From: the human T2T-CHM13v2.0 reference genome, Homo sapiens | Reading direction: 5' to 3' (one strand) | Length of the DNA: 64,000 bases | NCBI RefSeq assembly: GCF_009914755.1 | Contig: NC_060925.1 | Shown: positions 1-12,000 of the stretch, in pieces | Layout of the letters: every line of letters begins with the position of its first letter | Position numbering within the stretch: position 1 is the first letter of the stretch | Translations under genes and position numbers: made by a program | The notes under the pieces: model-generated | Databases searched by the model: none | The model's input: only the letters and a program-made list of their open reading frames with translations | Told to the model about the DNA's origin: nothing

Positions 1-58
1 CTTTCCTTCTTTGATCTTCTTCCCCTTCTTTTCTTCCCCTTCCCCTTCTTTTCAATTT
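1..58 (-). CDS. Partial 109-nt polybasic small exon ([19 protein letters not shown]...) cut by the window edge
   Basis: CAG acceptor at 59-61; matches 4767-4824. Confidence 0.88.
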
Positions 59-1141
59 CTGCAATAAATTCAGACATGGACAGACACATTAAGCTGATTC
101 CCCTACACACATAACAATCCACTGTCTAATCCTCACACAGGGACCTCAGGCTCCTCAGCATAAGAATAGGACACCGTGAGAGATATATTTCAGGAGGCCT
201 GAAGGCTGGTCATGATAGAAATTCCTCGGTTTTTCTCCCAGAAACTGTGGGTAAAATGTCCCTATTCTAGTAGATCGTTATCCCAATATCATTTGTCCCA
301 AGTTTGTGCAAACAGTTATGCCATATTTTTCCAATCAACTTAAAGCAAATACCCTCAAATGATTTCTAGGAGAAAAACTGCAATATTTAGCCCTGTCTCA
401 TCAAATACTCAGATTGTTCATGGTTGTGAGGACTTTAGACACTGAAATTAGAGTGAAAAAGGAAATCTACAAACCCTTGAGTCAAAATCATAGTTCTCTG
501 AATTTGTCACATCTGCCCAGGTCCAATGTCATGAGGATAGGATCAGGGCGCCACAGGTATGGCCTGAGACTAGGAAGAGAGTCTTGCTCACTGACCCATC
601 CCTTGCCTGGGCTTCCAGGTAGAACTAGAGTTTCATTCAACCTACATGTGCCTATAGGTCCTCCCTGTGGCAATGACATCTCTCAGCTCAGTAATGGCCA
701 CTTGGAGCAGGAATATGATCTTTATATGGAAGACTCAGTGGATCCTTATCACCTTCATAGAAAGGTACTCACCTCCCACGTCGAGAGAAAAGCCAACATG
801 TTTTTCCTCCAATGCATAAAAGGAACTTCCATAGGGCTGGCAGGAGTCAGGCTGTTCAAGACAACTGGAAGGAGTTGAATAACATCTATCCAGTGAGTCC
901 TGCAAGACTTCAGGCTCTACTACCTCCAGCAGCTCCCTGCTGAGCCTGGAAAAGGAGGAAAAAGTAAAGAATAAGCCAGGGGAAATCAGACACAACAGAG
1001 CCCCAACTAGGTTTCATGGGTAGCATAGGGAAGTGGTTAAAAAACTAAAAGGATAGATCCATTAATGAGGTAACAAATTATTGCCTTCATGTTGGGACAG
1101 AACAGGGCCAAATGGAAAAGAATGAAAGAGAAAGACAGATA

Positions 1142-1194
<53 letters not shown>

Positions 1195-4100
1195 ACACAC
1201 ACACACAGAGAGAACGAGCTCAGTGAATTGTCCAGGTGACACACTGATGAGGGAGTAACAGGACACTCTGAGTTAGTGCCCTCAGGACACACAGCATACA
1301 GGGATCATGAAAAGACTGTGCTCAATAATTTTCCATAAAATGTGCTCAAGTTTCCATGCAGTCGCCATGAGAATACAGTTTTTGAAGTCTGGTCCACCTA
1401 CAGTAGGTTAGTAAATGATAAGGGGAGGAAGAAATGGAAACCTAAATATCTACTGCAATGAAAACCAACAGCAATGTTAGTAGGAATAATTCAGGCTTGC
1501 TGGAAAAGATGTAATCGATAATGTCAGCCCGCTCTGTTTTCCCTGAACCAGGAGTCTCCAGATGTCAACACAGAAGTAGCTGTTCACAATTGCTCAGTTA
1601 CCTGGGGCATGGTGGGCCTTGGTCTTCTTCCTCTTCTTGGTCCTTTTTAGTTCCTGCAATACATTCAGACAGGGACAGACAAAATAAGCCAATTCACCTA
1701 CACCCATAACAGTCCACTGTCTAATCCCCACACAGGGATCTCAGGCTCCTCAGCATGAGAACAGGACAATGTGAGAGAGATACTTCAGGAGGCCTGAAAG
1801 CTGGTCATGATATTCTTTGGTTTGCATCTCAGAACCAAGGGTGAAATATCCCCATTCTGGTAGATCGTTATCCCAAAATCATTTATCCCAAGTTTGTGCA
1901 AACAGTTATGCCTTATTGTTCCCATCAGTTCAAAGAAAATGCCCCAGATGATTTCTAGGAGGAAAACTGCAGTATTCAGCCCTGTCTCATCAAATGCCCA
2001 GCTCGTTCATGGATGCAAGAATTTTAGACACTGAAATTAGAATGAAGGAGGAAATCTACAAACCCTTCAGTCCAAATCATACTTCTGTGAATTTTTTACA
2101 TCTGCCTGGGTCCAATGTGCTGAGAGCGGGCTCAGCTTGCCACAGGCATGGCTGGAGACTAGGAATAGAGCCTTGCTCACTGACCCATTTCATGTCTAGG
2201 CTTCCAACTGAGACTACAGTTTCATTACAACCTATATGCGCCCATAGGTCCTGCCTGCGGCAATGACATCTCTCGGGTCAGTAAGGGCCACTTGGAACAG
2301 GAATATCACCCCTATCTGGAAGACCAGGTGGAGGCTTATCACCTTCACAGTAAGGTACTCACTGTCCACGTCAAGAGCCAAGCCAAGGTACTGTTCCTCC
2401 AATGAGTAAACAGCACTGCTGTAGGGCTGGCCTAAGTCAGGCAGTTCAAGATAACCTGAAGGAGTCGAATAACATCTATCCAGTGAGTCCTGCAAGACTT
2501 CAGGCTCTTTCTCATCCAGCAGCTCCCTGCTGAGCCTGGAAAAGTAGGAAAAAGTAAAGAATAAGCCAGGGGGAATCAGAAACCACACAGCCCCAGCTAG
2601 ATTTCATGGCTAACATAAGGAACTGTTTAAAAAGAAAAAGGACAGATCCATTAATGAGGTAATGAATTATTGCCTTTATGTTGGGATAGACCAGGGCCAG
2701 GTAGAAAAGAATGAAAGAGAAAGACAGGGAGAGGGAGGGAGAGAGAGAGAGAGAGAGAGAGGAGAAAGTAAGCTCAGCGAGTTGGCCGGGTGACACACTG
2801 ATGAAGGGGTCAAAGGACACTCTGAGTTAGTGCCCTCGGGACACACAGCGAACAGTGATCATGAAAAGAGTGGGCTCAATAATTTTCCATAAACTTGCTC
2901 AAGATTCCATGCAGTTGCCATACAGCCTTTGAGGTATGGTCAACCTATAGTAAGTTAGTAAATGATAAGGGGAGGAAGAAATGGAAACCTAAACATCTAC
3001 TGCAATGAAAACCAACAGCAATATCAGGAGGAGTAATTCAACCTTCGTTGAAAACATGAAATTGAACACACTCTTGTTTTCCCTGGACCTGGCATCTCCA
3101 GGTGTCAACACAGAATTAAGCATCCATAATTGCTCAAAGTTACCTGGGGCATGATGGGTCTTGGTCTTCTTCCACTTCTTGGTACTTTTCAATTTCTGCA
3201 ATAAGTTCAGACATGGACAGACATATTAAGCTGGTTCTCCTACACACATAACAATCCACTGTCTAATCCTCACACGGGGACTTCAGGCTCCTCAGCATGA
3301 GAATAGGACACTGTGAGAGATAGTCTTCAGGAGGCCTGAAGGCTGATCACCATAGAGATTCCTTGGTTTTTGTCCCAGAAACTGTGGGTAAAATTCCCTA
3401 TTCTGGTAGATCGTTATCCCAATATCATTTGTCCCAAGTTTGTGCAAATGGTTATGCCATATTTTTCCAATCGATTTAAAGCAAATGCCCCCAAATGGTT
3501 GCTAGGAGAAAAACTGCACTATTCAGCCCTGTCTCATCAAATACTCAGATTGTTCACGGTAGCGAGGATTTTAGACGCTGAAATTAGAGTGAAGGATGAA
3601 ATCTACAAGATCTACAAAATTGAGACAAAATCAGAGTTGTGTGAATTTGTCACATCTGCCCAGGTCCAACGTCATGAGAGTAGGATTAGGGCGCCACAGG
3701 CATGGCCTGAGACTAGGAAGAGAGCCTTGCTCACTGACCCATCCCTTGTCTGGGCTTCCAAGTGGAACTAGAGTTTCATTCAACCTACATGTGCCTATAG
3801 GACCTCCCTGTGGCAATGACATCTCTCAGCTCAGTAAGGGCCACTTGCAGTAGGAATATGACCCTAACCAGAAGACTCAGTGGATCCTTATCACCTTCAT
3901 AGAAAGGTACTCACCATCCATGTCAACAGCCAAGCCAACACGCTGTTGCTCCAATACGTAAAAGGCACTTCTGTAGGGCTGGCATGAGTCAGTCAGTTCA
4001 AGACAACCTGAAGGAGTTGAATAACATCTATCCAGTGAGTCCTGCAAGACTTCAGGCCCTTTCTCATCCAGCAGCTCCCTGCTGAGCCTGGAAAAGTGGG

Positions 4101-4301
4101 AAAAAGTAAAGAATAAGCCAGGGGGAATCAGAAACCACACAGCCCCAGCTAGATTTCATGGCTAACGTAAGGAAGAGTTTGAAAAGAAAAAGGACAGATC
4201 CATTAATGAGATAACAAATTATTGCCTTTATGTTGGGATAGAACAGGGCCAGGTAGAAAACAATGAAAGAGAAAGACAGAGAGAGAGAGAGAGACAGAGA
4301 C

Positions 4302-4332
<31 letters not shown>

Positions 4333-5907
4333 AAGTGACCTAGTGAATTGGCCAGGTGACATACTGGTAAGGGAGTAAAAGGACACTCTGAGTTAGTGCC
4401 CTCATGACACACAGCAAACTGTGATCATGAAAAGAGTGAGCTCAATAGTTTTCCATAAAATATGCTCAAAATTCGATGCAGTGGCCATGAGAGTACAGCT
4501 TTTGAAGTATGGTCAACCTATGGTACGTTAGGAAATGATAAGGGGAGGAAGAAATGGAAACCTAAACATCTACTGCAATGAAAACCAACAGCAATGACAG
4601 TAGGAGTAATTCAGCCTTCGTTGAAAACATGACATCAAACACACTCTGGTTTCCCTGAATCTGTTGCCTCCAGGTGTTAACACAGAATTAAGCATCCACA
4701 ATTGCTGAAAGTCACCTGGGGCATGGTGGGTTTTGATCTTCTTCCCCTTCTTTTCTTCCCCTTCTTCTTTCCTTCTTTGATCTTCTTCCCCTTCTTTTCT
4801 TCCCCTTCCCCTTCTTTTCAATTTCTGCAATAAATTCAGACATGGACAGACACATTAAGCTGATTCCCCTACACACATAACAATCCACTGTCTAATCCTC
4901 ACACAGGGACCTCAGGCTCCTCAGCATAAGAATAGGACACCGTGAGAGATATATTTCAGGAGGCCTGAAGGCTGGTCATGATAGAAATTCCTCGGTTTTT
5001 CTCCCAGAAACTGTGGGTAAAATGTCCCTATTCTAGTAGATCGTTATCCCAATATCATTTGTCCCAAGTTTGTGCAAACAGTTATGCCATATTTTTCCAA
5101 TCAACTTAAAGCAAATACCCTCAAATGATTTCTAGGAGAAAAACTGCAATATTTAGCCCTGTCTCATCAAATACTCAGATTGTTCATGGTTGTGAGGACT
5201 TTAGACACTGAAATTAGAGTGAAAAAGGAAATCTACAAACCCTTGAGTCAAAATCATAGTTCTCTGAATTTGTCACATCTGCCCAGGTCCAATGTCATGA
5301 GGATAGGATCAGGGCGCCACAGGTATGGCCTGAGACTAGGAAGAGAGTCTTGCTCACTGACCCATCCCTTGCCTGGGCTTCCAGGTAGAACTAGAGTTTC
5401 ATTCAACCTACATGTGCCTATAGGTCCTCCCTGTGGCAATGACATCTCTCAGCTCAGTAATGGCCACTTGGAGCAGGAATATGATCTTTATATGGAAGAC
5501 TCAGTGGATCCTTATCACCTTCATAGAAAGGTACTCACCTCCCACGTCGAGAGAAAAGCCAACATGTTTTTCCTCCAATGCATAAAAGGAACTTCCATAG
5601 GGCTGGCAGGAGTCAGGCTGTTCAAGACAACTGGAAGGAGTTGAATAACATCTATCCAGTGAGTCCTGCAAGACTTCAGGCTCTACTACCTCCAGCAGCT
5701 CCCTGCTGAGCCTGGAAAAGGAGGAAAAAGTAAAGAATAAGCCAGGGGAAATCAGACACAACAGAGCCCCAACTAGGTTTCATGGGTAGCATAGGGAAGT
5801 GGTTAAAAAACTAAAAGGATAGATCCATTAATGAGGTAACAAATTATTGCCTTCATGTTGGGACAGAACAGGGCCAAATGGAAAAGAATGAAAGAGAAAG
5901 ACAGATA

Positions 5908-5952
<45 letters not shown>

Positions 5953-8900
5953 AGAGAGAGAACGAGCTCAGTGAATTGTCCAGGTGACACACTGATGAGG
6001 GAGTAACAGGACACTCTGAGTTAGTGCCCTCAGGACACACAGCATACAGGGATCATGAAAAGACTGTGCTCAATAATTTTCCATAAAATGTGCTCAAGTT
6101 TCCATGCAGTCGCCATGAGAATACAGTTTTTGAAGTCTGGTCCACCTACAGTAGGTTAGTAAATGATAAGGGGAGGAAGAAATGGAAACCTAAATATCTA
6201 CTGCAATGAAAACCAACAGCAATGTTAGTAGGAATAATTCAGGCTTGCTGGAAAAGATGTAATCGATAATGTCAGCCCGCTCTGTTTTCCCTGAACCAGG
6301 AGTCTCCAGATGTCAACACAGAAGTAGCTGTTCACAATTGCTCAGTTACCTGGGGCATGGTGGGCCTTGGTCTTCTTCCTCTTCTTGGTCCTTTTTAGTT
6401 CCTGCAATACATTCAGACAGGGACAGACAAAATAAGCCAATTCACCTACACCCATAACAGTCCACTGTCTAATCCCCACACAGGGATCTCAGGCTCCTCA
6501 GCATGAGAACAGGACAATGTGAGAGAGATACTTCAGGAGGCCTGAAAGCTGGTCATGATATTCTTTGGTTTGCATCTCAGAACCAAGGGTGAAATATCCC
6601 CATTCTGGTAGATCGTTATCCCAAAATCATTTATCCCAAGTTTGTGCAAACAGTTATGCCTTATTGTTCCCATCAGTTCAAAGAAAATGCCCCAGATGAT
6701 TTCTAGGAGGAAAACTGCAGTATTCAGCCCTGTCTCATCAAATGCCCAGCTCGTTCATGGATGCAAGAATTTTAGACACTGAAATTAGAATGAAGGAGGA
6801 AATCTACAAACCCTTGAGTCCAAATCATAGTTCTGTGAATTTTTTACGTCTGCCTGGGTCCAATGTGCTGAGAGCGGGCTCAGCTTGCCACAGGCATGGC
6901 TGGAGACTAGGAATAGAGCCTTGCTCACTGACCCATTTCATGTCTAGGCTTCCAACTGAGACTACAGTTTCATTACAACCTATATGCGCCCATAGGTCCT
7001 GCCTGCGGCAATGACATCTCTCGGGTCAGTAAGGGCCACTTGGAACAGGAATATCACCCCTATCTGGAAGACCAGGTGGAGGCTTATCACCTTCACAGTA
7101 AGATACTCACTGTCCACGTCAAGAGCCAAGCCAAGGTACTGTTCCTCCAATGAGTAAACAGCACTGCTGTAGGGCTGGCCTAAGTCAGGCAGTTCAAGAT
7201 AACCTGAAGGAGTCGAATAACATCTATCCAGTGAGTCCTGCAAGACTTCAGGCTCTTTCTCATCCAGCAGCTCCCTGCTGAGCCTGGAAAAGTAGGAAAA
7301 AGTAAAGAATAAGCCAGGGGGAATCAGAAACCACACAGCCCCAGCTAGATTTCATGGCTAACATAAGGAACTGTTTAAAAAGAAAAAGGACAGATCCATT
7401 AATGAGGTAATGAATTATTGCCTTTATGTTGGGATAGACCAGGGCCAGGTAGAAAAGAATGAAAGAGAAAGACAGGGAGAGGGAGGGAGAGAGAGAGAGA
7501 GAGAGAGAGGAGAAAGTAAGCTCAGCGAGTTGGCCGGGTGACACACTGATGAAGGGGTCAAAGGACACTCTGAGTTAGTGCCCTCGGGACACACAGCGAA
7601 CAGTGATCATGAAAAGAGTGGGCTCAATAATTTTCCATAAACTTGCTCAAGATTCCATGCAGTTGCCATACAGCCTTTGAGGTATGGTCAACCTATAGTA
7701 AGTTAGTAAATGATAAGGGGAGGAAGAAATGGAAACCTAAACATCTACTGCAATGAAAACCAACAGCAATATCAGGAGGAGTAATTCAACCTTCGTTGAA
7801 AACATGAAATTGAACACACTCTTGTTTTCCCTGGACCTGGCATCTCCAGGTGTCAACACAGAATTAAGCATCCATAATTGCTCAAAGTTACCTGGGGCAT
7901 GATGGGTCTTGGTCTTCTTCCACTTCTTGGTACTTTTCAATTTCTGCAATAAGTTCAGACATGGACAGACATATTAAGCTGGTTCTCCTACACACATAAC
8001 AATCCACTGTCTAATCCTCACACAGGGACTTCAGGCTCCTCAGCATGAGAATAGGACACTGTGAGAGATAGTCTTCAGGAGGCCTGAAGGCTGATCACCA
8101 TAGAGATTCCTTGGTTTTTGTCCCAGAAACTGTGGGTAAAATTCCCTATTCTGGTAGATCGTTATCCCAATATCATTTGTCCCAAGTTTGTGCAAATGGT
8201 TATGCCATATTTTTCCAATCGATTTAAAGCAAATGCCCCCAAATGGTTGCTAGGAGAAAAACTGCACTATTCAGCCCTGTCTCATCAAATACTCAGATTG
8301 TTCACGGTAGCGAGGATTTTAGACGCTGAAATTAGAGTGAAGGATGAAATCTACAAGATCTACAAAATTGAGACAAAATCAGAGTTGTGTGAATTTGTCA
8401 CATCTGCCCAGGTCCAACGTCATGAGAGTAGGATTAGGGCGCCACAGGCATGGCCTGAGACTAGGAAGAGAGCCTTGCTCACTGACCCATCCCTTGTCTG
8501 GGCTTCCAAGTGGAACTAGAGTTTCATTCAACCTACATGTGCCTATAGGACCTCCCTGTGGCAATGACATCTCTCAGCTCAGTAAGGGCCACTTGCAGTA
8601 GGAATATGACCCTAACCAGAAGACTCAGTGGATCCTTATCACCTTCATAGAAAGGTACTCACCATCCATGTCAACAGCCAAGCCAACACGCTGTTGCTCC
8701 AATACGTAAAAGGCACTTCTGTAGGGCTGGCATGAGTCAGTCAGTTCAAGACAACCTGAAGGAGTTGAATAACTTCTATCCAGTGAGTCCTGCAAGACTT
8801 CAGGCCCTTTCTCATCCAGCAGCTCCCTGCTGAGCCTGGAAAAGTGGGAAAAAGTAAAGAATAAGCCAGGGGGAATCAGAAACCACACAGCCCCAGCTAG

Positions 8901-9049
8901 ATTTCATGGCTAACGTAAGGAAGAGTTTGAAAAGAAAAAGGACAGATCCATTAATGAGGTAACAAATTATTGCCTTTATGTTGGGATAGAACAGGGCCAG
9001 GTAGAAAACAATGAAAGAGAAAGACAGAGAGAGAGAGAGAGACAGAGAC

Positions 9050-9080
<31 letters not shown>

Positions 9081-12000
9081 AAGTGACCTAGTGAATTGGC
9101 CAGGTGACATACTGGTAAGGGAGTAAAAGGACACTCTGAGTTAGTGCCCTCATGACACACAGCAAACTGTGATCATGAAAAGAGTGAGCTCAATAGTTTT
9201 CCATAAAATATGCTCAAAATTCGATGCAGTGGCCATGAGAGTACAGCTTTTGAAGTATGGTCAACCTATGGTACGTTAGGAAATGATAAGGGGAGGAAGA
9301 AATGGAAACCTAAACATCTACTGCAATGAAAACCAACAGCAATGACAGTAGGAGTAATTCAGCCTTCGTTGAAAACATGACATCAAACACACTCTGGTTT
9401 CCCTGAATCTGTTGCCTCCAGGTGTTAACACAGAATTAAGCATCCACAATTGCTGAAAGTCACCTGGGGCATGGTGGGTTTTGATCTTCTTCCCCTTCTT
9501 TTCTTCCCCTTCTTCTTTCCTTCTTTGATCTTCTTCCCCTTCTTTTCTTCCCCTTCCCCTTCTTTTCAATTTCTGCAATAAATTCAGACATGGACAGACA
9601 CATTAAGCTGATTCCCCTACACACATAACAATCCACTGTCTAATCCTCACACAGGGACCTCAGGCTCCTCAGCATAAGAATAGGACACCGTGAGAGATAT
9701 ATTTCAGGAGGCCTGAAGGCTGGTCATGATAGAAATTCCTCGGTTTTTCTCCCAGAAACTGTGGGTAAAATGTCCCTATTCTAGTAGATCGTTATCCCAA
9801 TATCATTTGTCCCAAGTTTGTGCAAACAGTTATGCCATATTTTTCCAATCAACTTAAAGCAAATACCCTCAAATGATTTCTAGGAGAAAAACTGCAATAT
9901 TTAGCCCTGTCTCATCAAATACTCAGATTGTTCATGGTTGTGAGGACTTTAGACACTGAAATTAGAGTGAAAAAGGAAATCTACAAACCCTTGAGTCAAA
10001 ATCATAGTTCTCTGAATTTGTCACATCTGCCCAGGTCCAATGTCATGAGGATAGGATCAGGGCGCCACAGGTATGGCCTGAGACTAGGAAGAGAGTCTTG
10101 CTCACTGACCCATCCCTTGCCTGGGCTTCCAGGTAGAACTAGAGTTTCATTCAACCTACATGTGCCTATAGGTCCTCCCTGTGGCAATGACATCTCTCAG
10201 CTCAGTAATGGCCACTTGGAGCAGGAATATGATCTTTATATGGAAGACTCAGTGGATCCTTATCACCTTCATAGAAAGGTACTCACCTCCCACGTCAAGA
10301 GAAAAGCCAACATGTTTTTCCTCCAATGCATAAAAGGAACTTCCATAGGGCTGGCAGGAGTCAGGCTGTTCAAGACAACTGGAAGGAGTTGAATAACATC
10401 TATCCAGTGAGTCCTGCAAGACTTCAGGCTCTACTACCTCCAGCAGCTCCCTGCTGAGCCTGGAAAAGGAGGAAAAAGTAAAGAATAAGCCAGGGGAAAT
10501 CAGACACAACAGAGCCCCAACTAGGTTTCATGGGTAGCATAGGGAAGTGGTTAAAAAACTAAAAGGATAGATCCATTAATGAGGTAACAAATTATTGCCT
10601 TCATGTTGGGACAGAACAGGGCCAAATGGAAAAGAATGAAAGAGAAAGACAGATAGACACACACACACACACACACACAGACACACACACACAGACACAC
10701 ACACACACACAGAGAGAGAGAACGAGCTCAGTGAATTGTCCAGGTGACACACTGATGAGGGAGTAACAGGACACTCTGAGTTAGTGCCCTCAGGACACAC
10801 AGCATACAGGGATCATGAAAAGACTGTGCTCAATAATTTTCCATAAAATGTGCTCAAGTTTCCATGCAGTCGCCATGAGAATACAGTTTTTGAAGTCTGG
10901 TCCACCTACAGTAGGTTAGTAAATGATAAGGGGAGGAAGAAATGGAAACCTAAATATCTACTGCAATGAAAACCAACAGCAATGTTAGTAGGAATAATTC
11001 AGGCTTGCTGGAAAAGATGTAATCGATAATGTCAGCCCGCTCTGTTTTCCCTGAACCAGGAGTCTCCAGATGTCAACACAGAAGTAGCTGTTCACAATTG
11101 CTCAGTTACCTGGGGCATGGTGGGCCTTGGTCTTCTTCCTCTTCTTGGTCCTTTTTAGTTCCTGCAATACATTCAGACAGGGACAGACAAAATAAGCCAA
11201 TTCACCTACACCCATAACAGTCCACTGTCTAATCCCCACACAGGGATCTCAGGCTCCTCAGCATGAGAACAGGACAATGTGAGAGAGATACTTCAGGAGG
11301 CCTGAAAGCTGGTCATGATATTCTTTGGTTTGCATCTCAGAACCAAGGGTGAAATATCCCCATTCTGGTAGATCGTTATCCCAAAATCATTTATCCCAAG
11401 TTTGTGCAAACAGTTATGCCTTATTGTTCCCATCAGTTCAAAGAAAATGCCCCAGATGATTTCTAGGAGGAAAACTGCAGTATTCAGCCCTGTCTCATCA
11501 AATGCCCAGCTCGTTCATGGATGCAAGAATTTTAGACACTGAAATTAGAATGAAGGAGGAAATCTACAAACCCTTGAGTCCAAATCATAGTTCTGTGAAT
11601 TTTTTACATCTGCCTGGGTCCAATGTGCTGAGAGCGGGCTCAGCTTGCCACAGGCATGGCTGGAGACTAGGAATAGAGCCTTGCTCACTGACCCATTTCA
11701 TGTCTAGGCTTCCAACTGAGACTACAGTTTCATTACAACCTATATGCGCCCATAGGTCCTGCCTGCGGCAATGACATCTCTCGGGTCAGTAAGGGCCACT
11801 TGGAACAGGAATATCACCCCTATCTGGAAGACCAGGTGGAGGCTTATCACCTTCACAGTAAGGTACTCACTGTCCACGTCAAGAGCCAAGCCAAGGTACT
11901 GTTCCTCCAATGAGTAAACAGCACTGCTGTAGGGCTGGCCTAAGTCAGGCAGTTCAAGATAACCTGAAGGAGTCGAATAACATCTATCCAGTGAGTCCTG

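Noticed and set aside
414-878. Recurring 154-aa plus-strand ORF (also the 133-, 90-, 85- and 62-aa ORFs)
   Set aside because: These are antisense or intronic shadows of the repeat, several with non-ATG starts. Their identity across copies reflects recent duplication, and homologous monomers are not open in the same frame.
1062-1292. ORFs with CVCVCV or SLSLSL runs
   Set aside because: These are translations of (TG)n/(TC)n microsatellites, and the frame changes with repeat length between copies.
3601-3618. 9-bp duplication atctacaagatctacaaa in the HLS1-HLS2 introns
   Set aside because: It is a fixed monomer-specific slippage event with no visible functional signal.
4570-4830. 86-aa [21 protein letters not shown]...
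   Set aside because: This is the wrong frame of the 109-nt exon running into intron; the splice phase gives [15 protein letters not shown] instead.
7103-7103. Variant near the T6 HLS2 donor (GTGAGTAT versus GTGAGTAC)
   Set aside because: It is at position +8, outside the core donor consensus, so an effect is unlikely.
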